Shown here: in pieces, positions 33,181 to 35,284 of the stretch
Layout: every line of letters begins with the position of its first letter
Numbering within the stretch: the first letter of the stretch is position 1
Assembly (NCBI GenBank): GCA_003693705.1
Contig: RBZT01000759.1
Location: forward strand, 1 to 35,284
DNA length: 35,284 bases
From: Polymyxa betae A26-41
Lineage: Eukaryota; Protista; Endomyxa: Phytomyxea
Direction of reading: 5' to 3'
Position numbers and translations under genes: made by a program
Notes under the pieces: generated by a model
Database searches by the model: none
Seen by the model: only the letters and a program-made list of their open reading frames with translations
Told to the model about the DNA's origin: nothing

Positions 33181-35284
33181 ATGTCGTGTCCAAAACTGTC
33201 GCTAACCGGAAATTCTCACGGGAGCCCTGTGGCCCAACTTGAATTCGACATGGGACTCTCCCAACTTGCAGATGAATTGGGTTCTGAGCCCATCAAACTG
33301 GATCTGAAGCTAGATGGTTTCATAGCCGAGCTTCTTGTCAAAGACGGATTCGCACTGGCTGCCAGCCGCAACGGCATGCCTGTTGACAGGAACCTGAAAT
33401 GGGCTACAGCATGCAGGAAGGTAATGCACAACTCGTGACCTCTTCCGATCAATTTCAAATCTGACTGTATCAATCAATCTACAGCAAAAACGCTATCATG
33501 AAGGCTTGTCTTATCGCCAAATGGGTCTGCACCGCCGATCCGGATGTGAAACGTCGAGCAGCTGACGCTCTGGACATGGTGGACCAGGGAACGATTGCTG
33601 TCATGGACTCTGTTCTCGCTGCCGCTATCGAACGAACGCTGTGCCGCGTCTACTGCTTTCCAACTTCCAATAAGATATCACAGGAGCTGCAGTTCTGGCA
33701 GTGCCAAAGGACCGAAGATTTTTCCAAGATGCAATCGTTGGACCGCATGTTCATCCGGTTGAGGCAAGTACGCCAGGATATGTCAAAACAGTTGTCAATG
33801 TTTCCAAATATCCGACAATTGTTCCAGCATGGGTCGGACTATGACTCGTCTTCACAGCATCCGGTAACTTTATTGGCTTGGTTTGATGACGGCAGGTCTG
33901 AAATTGTTCCCGGGTAGCTGAGCACGGCAGACGGCAGTGCCATCCACAGTTCCAACTCCTCCACTAGTTCAGACGAGCGTCACCTGGTGTACGTCAACGG
34001 GATGGGAGTGGGGTCGCGATTGCCCCAGTTGAACGACAGTGAACTAGCGATCTGGTCTCTATTCTTTCTTTTGCAGAAGAAGCAAACATGTCGAGATTAT
34101 GGCGTTGGCAAGAACGCTTTCCTGTTCAGCACCATTAGCCAGAATGCTCTCAGTTTTGTAGAAGCCAGATGTTTTGATGATGGGGATCGGCTCTGGCAAT
34201 GTTTGGTCAGTACAATTTTGAAACTGCCGTATTGTGCCGACATCAACTGGGACGAGGTCGCCATGGTCGAAGTCCCTTCCAGGAACAGGACCCGCGGGAT
34301 GATGAATAGGTGGACTCGAAACCTCTGCAATGCCTGGGGATGTCTGCCTTTCTGTAAAGATGGTTTCTCCAGATTCTGGGACCTTTGGCAGCAAGCTGCC
34401 GAATACGTTACTGTCAAATGGTCAGGAGATTCCGAGCCTGAGATCAATGATGAGATTTCGGAGGTTTTCTATCTGATCACACACCTGGTCTATACCGGTA
34501 CCTGCTACATGTCACGCGCCCTATGCTTATGTATAGCATCGTAAAGATGGAGCGGCTGGTCGCATATGCCCCTCGCCACCTGAAGTTGTCGTTTACGAGG
34601 TGATTGGATTCTGTGTTTATGCCATCACCTGATCACCAGGCAATCTGACCTGATGTTTGTTCAGCTGGCTGTATACCAACAAACAGATAGAAGTACAGCC
34701 TTCGGGATTGGAAGACCCGTTCCTTGCCCAGAATGGCAACCAACCCATTGACTGGGAGTGGATTTGCGATTGGGCGGATGTCGTGAAGCTCGAAACCATG
34801 GTCTTTTGTCGATTCGGAGAGAACACCGATATCGACAAAGCCATAAGACAGTTCCAGAGGATCTGTGAGCGCGGAGGACGATCCAACAGCGTGTTCGATA
34901 TAGCCATGGATTGCCGCCTGGATTTTGACGAAGAGCTGGTCGTTTTTCAATCGACAAATGGCTCCGTTCAGGTATCCGTCACTCCTCTGAAGATTTCCAG
35001 CATTAAATCTGTTACAGATCCGCAACCTGTTCGCAGGTTTGCACAACGATTTGGCAGCCGACGGCTCGAAGATCGCTGCAGGAACGGTCACAGTCCAGGC
35101 CGACGACACGGATTTGATGATATACAATCCTGTGATCCATTTCCATCGAGCCACTCGGTTCAAGTGGAAGAAGTTTCCCAATGCACGAGCGGCCATGGGA
35201 CGGGCCTGGGAGAAACTCCTCCTGCAAGTTCCGAAGCTGAGAAAAACGTGGTCGCGTTACGCTTGTATCAACTTATATTTTCTC
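33181..35284 (+). CDS. Multi-exon hypothetical protein, 3' end beyond the window
   Basis: Successive + strand ORFs (33181, 33498, 33987, then an open frame from ~34654 to the window end) separated by GT-AG intron-like gaps; FYLITHLVY motif. The first-intron acceptor and the start codon are uncertain. Confidence 0.6.

Noticed and set aside
34633-35196. 187-aa minus-strand ORF and other antisense ORFs over real genes
   Set aside because: Antisense shadows of + strand coding exons; splice signals support the opposite strand.

Overview
Eukaryotic genomic DNA from a compact, gene-dense genome with short (~45-110 nt) spliceosomal introns. Ciliary/centriolar genes (FAM227-like, WDR31-like, Sfi1-repeat protein) indicate a flagellated lineage; a phytomyxid/plasmodiophorid-like protist is my guess from genome style only. 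Positions 1-856 are strongly AT-rich, carry an intronless zinc-finger ORF and ~120-bp sub-terminal repeats, and end abruptly in ...CATCTACT (5'-AGTAG on the minus strand). This looks like the end of an integrated Polinton/Maverick-, virophage- or PLV-like element sitting 58 nt downstream of a minus-strand ATG. The rest encodes ASNSD1, a signal peptide + PA-like + 7TM receptor-like protein, TBL1/HOS15, a SCAF4/8-like CID-RRM protein with an unusual WG/GW-rich (Argonaute-hook-like) tail, FAM227-like, a secreted orphan, a 38/40-bp minisatellite, PP2A-C (two GC-AG introns and a 6-nt micro-exon), a tail-anchored LOTUS-like protein, WDR31, a large Sfi1-repeat coiled-coil protein, a candidate structured ncRNA, two divergent S10 serine carboxypeptidases (one without a signal peptide), PWP1 and two hypothetical genes. 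Exon structures were read by eye and need RNA-seq confirmation.
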